DNA of 64,000 nucleotides from an uncultured Planctomycetia bacterium. Its GTDB lineage: Bacteria > Omnitrophota > Gorgyraeia > Duberdicusellales > 4484-171. This document shows, in pieces, positions 39,122 through 48,887 of this stretch. Both the position numbers and the translations under genes were made by a program. Below the pieces are notes generated by a model that saw only the letters and a program-made list of their open reading frames with translations, ran no database searches and had not been told where the DNA came from. Location of the stretch: contig CAZHYN010000001.1 of the NCBI GenBank assembly GCA_964536865.1, forward strand, positions 161,824-225,823. Reading direction: 5' to 3'. Each line of letters begins with the position of its first letter. Position 1 is the first letter of the stretch.

Positions 39122-40651
39122 ATGGTTTCTAAAGTTTACTCTTTAGCTTACCAAGGGTTAGAGGTTTACCCCATAGAGGTAGAGGTGGATATTCATCGAG
39201 GGCTTCCTGCTATTTCCTTAGTAGGTCTTCTAGATACTGCGGTAAAGGAGAGTAAAGATAGAGTACGGGCAGGAATAAAAAATAGTGGCTACCAGTTTCC
39301 TTCTCAAAGAGTAACTATAAGTTTAGCACCGGGTAATGTAAAAAAGGAAGGTACCCACTTTGATCTTGCTATTGCTTTAGGGATTCTTAAGGCTACCTCT
39401 CAAATAGATTGCGATTTCTCTTCTTACTTTATCGTAGGAGAGCTTTCTTTAGAGGGAAGAATAAGAGAAGTTAAAGGTATCTTCCCTATGGCTCTTATGG
39501 CTAAGAAGTTAGGGAAAAAACTCATTCTTCCCTTACCTAATGCTAAAGAGGCCGCTTTAGCTAAAGATTTAGAAATTTTCCCTGTTTCTTACTTACAAGA
39601 AGTCGTAGGTTTTCTCTCGGGAGTAATAAATAAACAGCCTTTTCGAATAGATTTAAAAGAAATTCTCTCTACTCTTCCCAACTATGATGTAGATTTCAGT
39701 GATGTTAAAGGACAGGTGTTAGCTAAGAGAGCCTTAGAAGTTGCCGTAGCCGGAATGCATAATGTTCTTTTAATTGGACCTCCTGGAGTAGGCAAGACCA
39801 TGCTTGCAAAAAGACTTCCTACTATATTACCAGATATGGAGTATGAGGAAATTTTAGAAACTACCAAAATCTACAGTATAGCAGGTCTTCTTAATAAAGA
39901 TTTTCCTTTAGTAAAAGAGAGACCATTTAGGAGCCCTCATCATACTGCTTCTAGTGTAGCTTTGGTAGGAGGAGGGACAACTATAAAACCAGGAGAAGTT
40001 ACTTTAGCTCATAATGGAGTTCTATTCTTAGATGAGCTTCCCGAATTTAACCGTGATGCCTTAGAGGGACTAAGACAGCCATTAGAAGACGGATTTGTAA
40101 GTATATCTCGGGCGGCTAGACACTTAAGGTTTCCGTCCCGTTTCTTGTTAGTTACTGCTATGAATCCTTGTCCCTGTGGATATTTTGGGTCTCAGGAGAG
40201 AACTTGCCATTGTTCCAGCTATCAGATTCAGAAGTATAGGAACAAAATTTCTGGCCCCCTCCTTGACAGAATAGATATTCATGTAGAGTTACAAAATATA
40301 AAAGTAGATAGCCTGCTTAAGGAGAATATCTCTTGGGAGAGTTCCCAGGATATAAAGAGAAGAGTAGAGATAGCTAGAGGGATTCAAAAGGAAAGATTTA
40401 AAAATGAAAGAAATCTCTTTAATTCTCAGATGAATCATCGACAGATTAAAAAATACTGCACCTTAACTAAAGGCTCAAAATCTCTTATTGAAATTGCTAT
40501 GAAAGAATTTGGATTCAGTGTGAGAGCTTACGACAAGATACTGAAAGTCTCTCGCACCATTGCTGATTTAGCTAACTCTTCATTAATAGAAGAAGAACAC
40601 ATCTCTCAAGCTATCAATTATCGGAGTTTGGATAAAAGTATATGGGTGTAG
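39122..40651 (+). CDS. YifB/ComM-family Mg-chelatase-like AAA+ ATPase
   Basis: N-terminal Lon-like domain, Walker A GPPGVGKT, Walker B LFLDELPEF, C-terminal Mg_chelatase_C. Confidence 0.9.
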   Translation: MVSKVYSLAYQGLEVYPIEVEVDIHRGLPAISLVGLLDTAVKESKDRVRAGIKNSGYQFPSQRVTISLAPGNVKKEGTHFDLAIALGILKATSQIDCDFSSYFIVGELSLEGRIREVKGIFPMALMAKKLGKKLILPLPNAKEAALAKDLEIFPVSYLQEVVGFLSGVINKQPFRIDLKEILSTLPNYDVDFSDVKGQVLAKRALEVAVAGMHNVLLIGPPGVGKTMLAKRLPTILPDMEYEEILETTKIYSIAGLLNKDFPLVKERPFRSPHHTASSVALVGGGTTIKPGEVTLAHNGVLFLDELPEFNRDALEGLRQPLEDGFVSISRAARHLRFPSRFLLVTAMNPCPCGYFGSQERTCHCSSYQIQKYRNKISGPLLDRIDIHVELQNIKVDSLLKENISWESSQDIKRRVEIARGIQKERFKNERNLFNSQMNHRQIKKYCTLTKGSKSLIEIAMKEFGFSVRAYDKILKVSRTIADLANSSLIEEEHISQAINYRSLDKSIWV

Positions 40652-40653
40652 GT

Positions 40654-41058
40654 TTACTCCTCTTTCTGAAGTTTTTTATGCCTTCTTAATACCGACTCTA
40701 GCAGAGCCAACCCTTCTTCTAAGGTTCTCCCTTTGTAAAATACACCAGAGATGTGGTAAGGTTCTGCCTCCTTCATCTTTATAGGGTCTATATAAGCACT
40801 TACAATTATAGCAGGAAGGTTTTTATTGAATTCTCTGATTTTTTTGAGGGTTTGAATTCCATCCATTCCAGGTATATTTAAATCCAAAAATATAATGTCA
40901 GGGTTTTCTTCCTTCACTTTCTGGATAGCTTCTTCGCCACTGGTAGCGGTAACGGTAGAGTAACCCTTTGACTGAAACCAAAATGCCATAGGTTGAAGAA
41001 AATCTGCTTCGTCGTCCACCAAAAGGATTTTAATTTCTTTTTCCATATCAACCTCCAT
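40654..41058 (-). CDS. Stand-alone response-regulator receiver domain (CheY-like)
   Basis: ILLVDDE...IFLDLNIPGMDG...IIVSAY; no output domain; overlaps the upstream histidine kinase. Confidence 0.8.
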   Translation of the reverse strand: MEVDMEKEIKILLVDDEADFLQPMAFWFQSKGYSTVTATSGEEAIQKVKEENPDIIFLDLNIPGMDGIQTLKKIREFNKNLPAIIVSAYIDPIKMKEAEPYHISGVFYKGRTLEEGLALLESVLRRHKKLQKEE

Positions 41059-42484
41059 GTCTTTGTCGTTTTAAAGGAATAGTAAAAGTAAATTTAGCTC
41101 CCTCACCCTTCTCACTCTCCGCCCATATTCTTCCTCCGTGGAGATTTACAATTTCTTTAGCAATAGAGAGTCCCAAACCTGTACCAGTTATATCGGTAGG
41201 AGAACGTTCACTCCCTTGATAGAATTTATCAAAAATCTTAGGTAAGTCCTCTTTAGCTATACCTACACCAGTATCTTTTACACTGACTTCTATTTCTCTT
41301 TTATCCTTAGTCACATTAGCCTCTACAGTAACAGTTCCTCCCGAAGGAGTAAATTTGATAGCATTCCCTATAAGATTATTAAGCACCTGTGCAATTCTCT
41401 GAGGATCAATCTCTACTTGGGGGAGTCCAGAGCTAATATTTTTCTCAATCTTGATAGATTTTGTATTTGCCCACCCCCTAAATGATTCTAAGGATTCATC
41501 GATTACCTTGTCTATATGGGAGAGTTCAAATTGCATCCGCATCTTCCCCGCTTCTAGCTTGGACAAATCTAAGAGGTCGTTAATTAATGTACTGAGCCTT
41601 TTGAGATTACGGTCTGCAATAGAAAGGAATTGTTGTTGGGTTTCATTCAAAGGGCCTGTACTCTTATTGAGGAGAAGGGAGATAGCTTTCTCAATTGCCA
41701 CTAAGGGGGTTCTTAACTCGTGAGATACGCTGGCAATAAAGTTAGATTTCATCCTGTCTAGTTCTTTTTGCTTAGTAATATCAGTAAGTACAGAAACCAT
41801 TCCTACTGTTTGACCATTTTCGTTTTCTATGATTGCAGTACTTGCTCTTACTACTTTTTTTGTATCATCGGAGGCGCTCACCAACTCTATCTCTTTTTCT
41901 TTGCCCTCCGGAGTCCCTTTAACTAAGGATACCAGTTGAGTCTCTGATAGGTTTTCTAACAGAGGTTTACCTATCTTCTCTTTGGTAGAAGCTTCCAAAA
42001 GTTTTTCAGCAGCAGGATTCATCATAATGATCTTACCGTGTTTATCTATCACCACTAGGCCTTCAGCAATACTTCTTATCACTGCTTCGGTATTTTTCTT
42101 CTCTGCAGATATTTTCCTGTATTTCTGTAAGGCTATTTCTTCATTACGTTCCTTTTCTTTAATAATTAACTCGTACTTCTTAGTTAATTGCTCCGTACTC
42201 ATACTCACTCTTTTTTCTACCTCCTGATTGAGAATCTGAGAGAGTCTTTTACTTAATCTTTTTCCTTCTTCTTCAGAGTCTACTACGTTTCCTATCTCTT
42301 GGAATATCACTTTTCCTAATTCTTCTTCAGAAGAAAGGGTAGAAGGCGGTTTTCTCTTTCTCTGACTTAAACGAGTTTGTACTTTTGGTTGAGTAGTTAG
42401 TCCTGAGAGATAGATTAGTATTAAAGCAAAAATTATACTTACAACACCAGCAGTTATATATACACTTACAGGTAAAGGAGTCAT
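41048..42484 (-). CDS. Sensor histidine kinase with an N-terminal TM segment and a PAS domain
   Basis: HisKA H-box SHELRTPL, HATPase N/G boxes (NLIGNAIKFT, DTGVGI, GTGLGLSI), PAS-like region. Confidence 0.85.
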   Translation of the reverse strand: MTPLPVSVYITAGVVSIIFALILIYLSGLTTQPKVQTRLSQRKRKPPSTLSSEEELGKVIFQEIGNVVDSEEEGKRLSKRLSQILNQEVEKRVSMSTEQLTKKYELIIKEKERNEEIALQKYRKISAEKKNTEAVIRSIAEGLVVIDKHGKIIMMNPAAEKLLEASTKEKIGKPLLENLSETQLVSLVKGTPEGKEKEIELVSASDDTKKVVRASTAIIENENGQTVGMVSVLTDITKQKELDRMKSNFIASVSHELRTPLVAIEKAISLLLNKSTGPLNETQQQFLSIADRNLKRLSTLINDLLDLSKLEAGKMRMQFELSHIDKVIDESLESFRGWANTKSIKIEKNISSGLPQVEIDPQRIAQVLNNLIGNAIKFTPSGGTVTVEANVTKDKREIEVSVKDTGVGIAKEDLPKIFDKFYQGSERSPTDITGTGLGLSIAKEIVNLHGGRIWAESEKGEGAKFTFTIPLKRQRHGG

Positions 42485-42651
42485 CCACTTTTTAATTTAA
42501 TTCTATAAAAATTCTATCGCCTAAAGTATACTTTTTCAATTATTTTTTACTTTCCTGAGATTTTATAGTATAATTTTCTGTGGCAAAATTAAAAGTTAGT
42601 AAGAAAAGGATTTATCCTTGATATGATTTTATTTCATTTTATAATAAAAAT

Positions 42652-43101
42652 ATGAGTAGTTGTCTTGGAATCATTTTTAAAAACACCCCTTTTTTTCTTA
42701 CTATTTTAAGTTGGCTGGTAGCTCAAGGAATTAAAATTACTTTAGGATTATTACGTGAGAAGCGATTTAATTTCTTTTGGCTATTGAGAACAGGTGGTAT
42801 GCCTTCTGCTCATAGTGCTGCAGTGGTAGCTTTGGCTTTCTCTATTGGCAAAGAGACAGGGTTCTACTCTCCTTTATTTGCTCTGGCTTCTATTTTTGCT
42901 CTTATCACTATGTTTGATGCTCAGACTTGGCGACGTTCTATTGGAGCACAGGCAAGAATTCTTAATCGTATTATGGAAGATATCCACCAAAAGAAGCGTA
43001 TAGAAGAGGAGCAGCTGAGAGAACTAGTAGGTCATACCCCTGTAGAAGTTTTTGTAGGAGCTTTAATTGGAATAGTTATTCCCCTTATTTTCTATAAGTA
43101 A
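42652..43101 (+). CDS. DUF212 / divergent PAP2 (acid phosphatase–haloperoxidase-related) membrane protein
   Basis: GGMPSAHSAAVVALA motif characteristic of the YuiD/DUF212 family. Confidence 0.75.
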   Translation: MSSCLGIIFKNTPFFLTILSWLVAQGIKITLGLLREKRFNFFWLLRTGGMPSAHSAAVVALAFSIGKETGFYSPLFALASIFALITMFDAQTWRRSIGAQARILNRIMEDIHQKKRIEEEQLRELVGHTPVEVFVGALIGIVIPLIFYK

Positions 43102-43113
43102 AAGGAGGGTGTT

Positions 43114-43923
43114 TTGAAGAGATGGGGAGTTATTGTACTTACCGTGGGGTTGATTTTTACGGGAGGACTGTCCATTTGCCTAATAGGTAAGAGAAGTCTT
43201 CAAGTTAGTCAAACAAAAAGAGAAGACGTTTCTTCACTAACCAGAGAAGCAGAGGAAGCTCTCAATAAAGGAGATTTTATCGAGGCGAGGAAAATTTTTA
43301 AAAGGATTTTGGAAGAGGTAACAGATATTAAGAAGATTGAAGAGGTGCGAAAAAAACTCGAAGAGATAAATATGAAAATTTTATTTTCTTCTATTATAGA
43401 TGAGTGTAGTAAGGAGTATGTAGTAAAACCCAATGATACTCTGATAAAAATTGCCAAGAGGTTTAATACTACGGTAGAACTGATAAAGAGAGCAAATGGA
43501 TTAACTTCTGATATAATAAAACCTGCTCAGAGACTAAAGGTAAATGTGTGCAAGTTTTCTCTAGTAATAGATAAATCTCAAAACCTTCTCTTCTTAAAAA
43601 GAAATAACGAGGTAATAAAAACCTATATTGTAGCTACAGGAAAGGGTAATTCTACTCCCACAGGAAAATTTAAAATTGTCAACAAGATTAAAAATCCTAC
43701 TTGGTTTAAAACAGGAGCGGTAATTCCTCCTGATAGTCCGCAGAATATTCTAGGTTCCCGATGGTTGGGTTTAGATATCAAAGGTTATGGAATTCATGGC
43801 ACAAAAGAACCAGACAATTTAGGCAAGCAGATCACTTTAGGATGTATTCGCATGACCAATCAAGATGTAGAAGAACTTTATGATATTTTACCCCTAGGTA
43901 CGGAAGTGATAATTGTAGAGTAA
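43114..43923 (+). CDS. LysM domain-containing L,D-transpeptidase (YkuD family)
   Basis: LysM (YVVKPNDTLIKIAKRFNTTVELIKRANGL), YkuD catalytic HGT...GCIRM. Confidence 0.85.
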   Translation: MKRWGVIVLTVGLIFTGGLSICLIGKRSLQVSQTKREDVSSLTREAEEALNKGDFIEARKIFKRILEEVTDIKKIEEVRKKLEEINMKILFSSIIDECSKEYVVKPNDTLIKIAKRFNTTVELIKRANGLTSDIIKPAQRLKVNVCKFSLVIDKSQNLLFLKRNNEVIKTYIVATGKGNSTPTGKFKIVNKIKNPTWFKTGAVIPPDSPQNILGSRWLGLDIKGYGIHGTKEPDNLGKQITLGCIRMTNQDVEELYDILPLGTEVIIVE

Positions 43924-43927
43924 AATT

Positions 43928-44878
43928 ATGCAATACTGGGATTTTGAGAAGCCAATAGTGGAGCTGGAGAATAAGATAAAGGAGTTAGTAGATTTCTCTA
44001 CAGCTAAGCAGATAGATTTGTCTTCAGAAATAGAGAGATTAAAGGAAAAATTAAAAAGTTTAAAAAAAAATATCTATTCTAACCTCACTCCTTGGCAGAA
44101 AGTTCAGATTGCTCGCCATTCTCAGAGACCTACAACTTTAGACTATATAGGGCTTCTGATGGAAGATTTTCTGGAGTTACATGGAGATAGACTTTATGGA
44201 GATGATAAAGCTATCGTCTGTGGTTTAGCTTCCTTAGATAAATTTAGAGTTGTAGTGGTGGGACATCAGAAGGGAAAGGATACTAAAGAGAACATCGAGA
44301 GGAACTTTGGCTGTGCTCACCCTGAGGGGTATCGTAAGGCAATGAGAGTAATGAAGTTAGGAGAGAAGTTTTCTCTTCCTATAATTTGCTTTATTGATAC
44401 CCCAGGAGCTTACCCAGGGATAGGAGCTGAAGAACGTGGTCAGGCCCAGGCTATAGCTGAGAATATTCGAGAGATGTTTACCTTGAATACCCCTATAGTG
44501 ATAGCAGTAATTGGCGAAGGAGGTAGTGGTGGTGCTTTGGGAATCGGGGTAGGAGATAAGGTATTGATTATGGAATATGCTTACTACTCAGTTATTTCTC
44601 CTGAAGGATGCGCAGCAATTCTATGGAAAGATTCTAAAAAGGCTCCCCAGGCAGCAGAAACTTTACGACTTACCGCCCAAGATCTTATAAGGTTTAAAAT
44701 AGTAGATGAGATTATCCCTGAGCCTGAGGGAGGAGCGCATCGTAATTATCAAGAGGCAGCAGATAACTTGAAGGAAACTCTCATAAGAAATCTTGTCTTC
44801 CTTACTGAGATGGATCTAGATACCCTTCTAAAAAATAGGTACGATAAATATCGAAGAATAGGAATCTTTAAAGAATGA
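43928..44878 (+). CDS. accA: Acetyl-CoA carboxylase carboxyltransferase subunit alpha
   Basis: AccA architecture; GGSGGALG oxyanion motif. Confidence 0.9.
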   Translation: MQYWDFEKPIVELENKIKELVDFSTAKQIDLSSEIERLKEKLKSLKKNIYSNLTPWQKVQIARHSQRPTTLDYIGLLMEDFLELHGDRLYGDDKAIVCGLASLDKFRVVVVGHQKGKDTKENIERNFGCAHPEGYRKAMRVMKLGEKFSLPIICFIDTPGAYPGIGAEERGQAQAIAENIREMFTLNTPIVIAVIGEGGSGGALGIGVGDKVLIMEYAYYSVISPEGCAAILWKDSKKAPQAAETLRLTAQDLIRFKIVDEIIPEPEGGAHRNYQEAADNLKETLIRNLVFLTEMDLDTLLKNRYDKYRRIGIFKE

Positions 44879-45399
44879 TTCAGAAACTTGTTATTTTAGG
44901 CCTCCTTAAAAAGAGACCTTCCTCAGGTTACGATATTAAAAAATTTATAGAAAAAGACCTAAAAATATTTACCGATTTGGACACTCATTCCATCTACTAT
45001 CCTTTAAAGAAAATGGAAAAAGAGGGATTCATAAAGAAGAAGATGCTAAAAGGAGAAAAACAGCTTAGAAAATATGTTTACTTTATCACTCCTAAGGGAG
45101 AGAAAGAATTTTTAGCTCTCTGTAGAGAAACTTTATTGTCTCAGAAACGCCCCTTTATCGATTTAGATATCTCTCTCTATTTTCTACCTTTCCTCAGTAA
45201 GGAAGAAATTAAACTTCTCCTTCGTGTAAGGTTGAGGTTTTTAGAGAGGGTAAGGAAGTGGCTTATGAAGAAAAAGAACGAATTTAAAAAGGCTCCTAAA
45301 AATTTACTTCTTCTTATTCAGCATCATTTAAAATTAGCAGGGGCGGAAAAAGAGTTTCTCAAAGATATGATAAGGGCAATAAAGGAAGGGGAGGTATAG
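44875..45399 (+). CDS. PadR-family transcriptional regulator
   Basis: Winged-HTH with a GYDI...YYPLKKMEKEGFI PadR signature; C-terminal helical extension. Confidence 0.75.
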   Translation: MIQKLVILGLLKKRPSSGYDIKKFIEKDLKIFTDLDTHSIYYPLKKMEKEGFIKKKMLKGEKQLRKYVYFITPKGEKEFLALCRETLLSQKRPFIDLDISLYFLPFLSKEEIKLLLRVRLRFLERVRKWLMKKKNEFKKAPKNLLLLIQHHLKLAGAEKEFLKDMIRAIKEGEV

Positions 45400-45405
45400 A
45401 GAAGA

Positions 45406-46731
45406 ATGGATAGGAAGTTATCGTTAAAAGGGGTAAACCTAAAACGACGTATCGCTATAGCAGTTATTTTAATTACTGTTATTCCCTCTCTGGTGTTTGT
45501 ATGTTATATCTATAACTACTACATCTCTAGAGCCGTTCTTCTTATTCTGGGGTTGATTGTATTTCTGGGATGGATGATAGCGTTGGAAGTTTTGTTTTCA
45601 ATCTTGAGAATTCATTCCGAGTCTCAATTAGCTTTAAAGGAATTGGGAGAAGAAAGATTGGCTAAGGATTTAGCAGTTAGAGATGAAGTAGAAGGTTTAG
45701 AGGCTGTATTTAAGCTCATTTCCTCAAAAGTTAAAAGTAGCTTAGAAGAACTTAAAGATCTAAGTAGCAGAATTGAAACATTAAATAAAGAGCTAGCAAA
45801 AAAGATAAATATTCTCTCCACGATTACCCAGATACACTCCTTTATCTCACGAGGAGAACATAGACAGGCGTTCGGTGTTGTTTTAGAGAGATTAAGAGAA
45901 GCTCTAAAGTTAAGTAAAGCAAATCTCTTATTTACAAAGGAGGAAAAACAAGGTTGGGATCTAGAGTACTTTTTTGAGTATGATGAGAGCTTAGAGATTT
46001 TTAAGAAAAAATACAAGGATTTCTTTACTGCTAAAAGTCTCCTTCTTTTAGATGAAGAGCATCGTCAAGAAAGTATTCTATTCTTAAGAGAGAGCTTAGG
46101 ATTGAGGAACCTTTTTGTTTTCCCCCTTCAGTTTAAGGGAGAAGTTGTAGGTGTTCTTGTAGGAGGAAATAACCTTTATGGATTTTCTTTCTCCTCTGAA
46201 GATATAGAATTGATAGAAACACTCTCTAAAAGTATGGTTCTAATATGGGAACATCGGAGGCTTTATAGGATAGTTGAAGATCTGGAGATTTACGATCCTT
46301 TAACAGGCCTTTACAATAAAAAGTACCTTCAAATAAGACTGGATGAAGAAATTAGAAGAGCCACTACCTACCAAAGACCTTGCGGACTGCTTCTTGTAAA
46401 GATAACTAACTACAGAGAAATCCAAGGTAATTTTGGAGTGTTAGAAGGAGAGAGGATATTAAAGAAGATAGGAGAAGTACTTAAGGAGAGTTTAAGACCC
46501 ATAGATATTCCTACACGGGTAGAGGAAGATACTTTAGGTGCTATCCTCATAGAGAGAAATAAGAGACAATCTCAGTATACAGGAATGAATATCATAGAAA
46601 GGTTAAACAGTTATTTCAAAGAAGATAAGTTGAAACCTAAATTTTCATTCTCTGTAGCAGAGAATCCTGTAGATGGAGATGGGGCCCAGAAGCTTATTAG
46701 TTATGCTTTTAGTCACTTAGAAGATAGATGA
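45406..46731 (+). CDS. Membrane-anchored coiled-coil–GAF–degenerate GGDEF domain protein (probable c-di-GMP receptor, not an active cyclase)
   Basis: 2 TM helices; GAF-like region; GGDEF-domain start YDPLTGLYNKKYL; signature is RVEEDTL in place of R-x-GG(D/E)EF; an RxxD (RPID) is retained upstream. Confidence 0.7.
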   Translation: MDRKLSLKGVNLKRRIAIAVILITVIPSLVFVCYIYNYYISRAVLLILGLIVFLGWMIALEVLFSILRIHSESQLALKELGEERLAKDLAVRDEVEGLEAVFKLISSKVKSSLEELKDLSSRIETLNKELAKKINILSTITQIHSFISRGEHRQAFGVVLERLREALKLSKANLLFTKEEKQGWDLEYFFEYDESLEIFKKKYKDFFTAKSLLLLDEEHRQESILFLRESLGLRNLFVFPLQFKGEVVGVLVGGNNLYGFSFSSEDIELIETLSKSMVLIWEHRRLYRIVEDLEIYDPLTGLYNKKYLQIRLDEEIRRATTYQRPCGLLLVKITNYREIQGNFGVLEGERILKKIGEVLKESLRPIDIPTRVEEDTLGAILIERNKRQSQYTGMNIIERLNSYFKEDKLKPKFSFSVAENPVDGDGAQKLISYAFSHLEDR

Positions 46732-47171
46732 GGATAGGTAAGAAGATAAACAAACTCTTAGGAGAAATTCTTGTAGAGAAGAGAATTATTACTAAAGAAC
46801 AGCTTAACGAGGCTTTAAAAGTTCAGGCTCAAGATGGAGGTTTGATTGGAGAGATAATTGTAAAGTTAGGTTTTGCTAGTGAAGAAGAGATTGCCCAATG
46901 TTTGTCTTATCAGTATGGCTTTGCCTACTTACCTTTAGATAGTTATGAGATTTCTCAAGAAGTAATAAGACTCGTTCCTAAGAATATTGTCTCTCATTAT
47001 TGTCTTATTCCATTAGATAGAATAGGAGATACACTTACAGTAGTAATGGCAAATCCCTTAAACTTGGAGGCAATAGAAGATATAGAAGACCTTACTCATC
47101 TAGAGGTGCAAGCTTTTATAAGTACTCCCACAGACATAAGAAATGCTATAAAGAAATACTATGGAGAGTGA
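46728..47171 (+). CDS. Stand-alone MshEN / T2SSE_N domain protein (predicted c-di-GMP binding)
   Basis: Two tandem 24-aa motifs matching the MshEN consensus RLGxxLLxxGxIxxxQLxxALxxQ: KLLGEILVEKRIITKEQLNEALKVQ and LIGEIIVKLGFASEEEIAQCLSYQ; translationally coupled on both sides. Confidence 0.7.
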   Translation: MRIGKKINKLLGEILVEKRIITKEQLNEALKVQAQDGGLIGEIIVKLGFASEEEIAQCLSYQYGFAYLPLDSYEISQEVIRLVPKNIVSHYCLIPLDRIGDTLTVVMANPLNLEAIEDIEDLTHLEVQAFISTPTDIRNAIKKYYGE

Positions 47172-48870
47172 GAAGTTAAAAAAAAGTTTTCCTCAAGTTC
47201 TTTTGGAGAAAGGAGAAATTACTCAAAAACAACTAAAGGAGGCTATAAGGTTTCAAAAGGAGAAGGGATGTTCTTTAAACGAAGCCTTTTTAAGTCTTGG
47301 ATACATAGATGAAAAGAAACTTTTGCTCCTTCTTTCCGCATATCTTTCTACACCCCCTATAAAAGTTCTGAATTTAAACATCCCCCCCCAAGTATTAAAA
47401 CTTATTCCTCAAGAAGTTGCTGTAAAGTATCAGTTAATTCCTATTGGAAGGATAGGGAATGTTCTCTCTGTAGCTATGGCTGATCCTTTAAATGTGGTAG
47501 CTTTAGATGATGTAGAGAGGATTACTAAGTGTCAGATAAATCCTGTGGTAGCACTAAGAAGTGAAATTAAGGAAGCAATAGATAATAACTACAGAAAATC
47601 CCTTGTTGATACGGTAGAAGAGATAATAAAGAACACTGAAATTGGTTCTATAGAGGTAATAAAGGAAGAGAAGGAAGCAGTAAAAGATGAGGAGATTTTG
47701 CGTTCTTTAGAAGAAGCGCCAGTAATTAAATTTTCCAACTATATTTTAAAGAGAGCGGTAGAAGAGAAAGCCTCCGATGTTCTTATAGAACCTTTATCTA
47801 AAAGTTCTCGCATACGCTTTAGAGTAGATGGGGTGTTAAGAGAGATAGAGTCTTTCTCCCGAAAGATGCATGAGTTTGTTGTTTCTCGAATAAAGGTTAT
47901 AGCCAATTTGAATATTACTGAACATCGCCTTCCTCAGGATGGAAGGTTCCGGATGAATATTTTGGGTAGAGAGGTAGATTTTCGTGTTTCTATTCTTCCT
48001 TCAGTTTTGGGAGAGAAAGTTGTTCTTCGTGTTTTAGATAAATCTCAAGGGTTATTGGACTTAGATAGCTTAGGATTTGAAGAAAGTTTAATCTCTCAGT
48101 TGAAGATTGATTCCGCCTCTTCTTGTGGAATGATTTTAGTATGTGGTCCTACTGGGTGCGGTAAAACCACCACTCTTTACTCTATTTTAAGGTACATCTA
48201 TACTCCAGAAAAAAATATTATTACCGTAGAAGACCCTATAGAGTATCAACTTCTTGGGATAAATCAGGTCAATGTTAACTATGAGGTAGGGCTCACCTTT
48301 GCTAATGCTCTCCGTTCTATACTAAGACAGGATCCCGATGTAATAATGGTAGGAGAGATTAGAGATTTTGATACTGTAGATATTGCTATAAAGGCAGCGT
48401 TAACAGGACATCTAGTTATATCTACTCTTCATACCACTACCGCAGTTGGTTCAGTAACTCGTCTTATAAATATGGGAGTTGAACCTTTTCTTTTGTCTTC
48501 CACTCTTATCGGTGTTCTTGCTCAGAGGTTAATAAGAAAGTTATGCCCTCATTGTCGAGAGGAAAGCAAGCTTAGCAGTTCCTTGAAAGAGAAGTATAAG
48601 ATTTCTCCCGATGCTACTATTTACAAACCTAAGGGATGTAAGTTTTGTTTTCACCAGGGATATAGAGGAAGATTAGCTTTAGGAGAGTATTTGCATGTAG
48701 ATTCTCAAATCAAGAGGTTGATAAGTATTTCTGCTGATGAGCATACTCTTAAGAAAGAGGCAAGAAAAGGAGGGATGAAAACTTTGCGAGATAATGGGAT
48801 ACAAAAAGTAGAAAAAGGATTAACTAGTTTAGAAGAAGTCCTAAAAGCTACTGGAGAAGAGATTGAGTAA
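47161..48870 (+). CDS. pilB: Type IV pilus / T2SS assembly ATPase (PilB/GspE/MshE family)
   Basis: N-terminal T2SSE_N domain, Walker A GPTGCGKTTT, Asp/His boxes, tetracysteine CPHC...CKFC. Confidence 0.9.
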   Translation: MESEKLKKSFPQVLLEKGEITQKQLKEAIRFQKEKGCSLNEAFLSLGYIDEKKLLLLLSAYLSTPPIKVLNLNIPPQVLKLIPQEVAVKYQLIPIGRIGNVLSVAMADPLNVVALDDVERITKCQINPVVALRSEIKEAIDNNYRKSLVDTVEEIIKNTEIGSIEVIKEEKEAVKDEEILRSLEEAPVIKFSNYILKRAVEEKASDVLIEPLSKSSRIRFRVDGVLREIESFSRKMHEFVVSRIKVIANLNITEHRLPQDGRFRMNILGREVDFRVSILPSVLGEKVVLRVLDKSQGLLDLDSLGFEESLISQLKIDSASSCGMILVCGPTGCGKTTTLYSILRYIYTPEKNIITVEDPIEYQLLGINQVNVNYEVGLTFANALRSILRQDPDVIMVGEIRDFDTVDIAIKAALTGHLVISTLHTTTAVGSVTRLINMGVEPFLLSSTLIGVLAQRLIRKLCPHCREESKLSSSLKEKYKISPDATIYKPKGCKFCFHQGYRGRLALGEYLHVDSQIKRLISISADEHTLKKEARKGGMKTLRDNGIQKVEKGLTSLEEVLKATGEEIE

Positions 48871-48887
48871 GGCCTAAGAGGTAACTT

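Noticed and set aside
45406-46731. Calling the GGDEF protein an active diguanylate cyclase
   Set aside because: The catalytic GG(D/E)EF pentapeptide is replaced by EEDTL, so cyclase activity is unlikely. It is annotated instead as a probable c-di-GMP receptor or scaffold.
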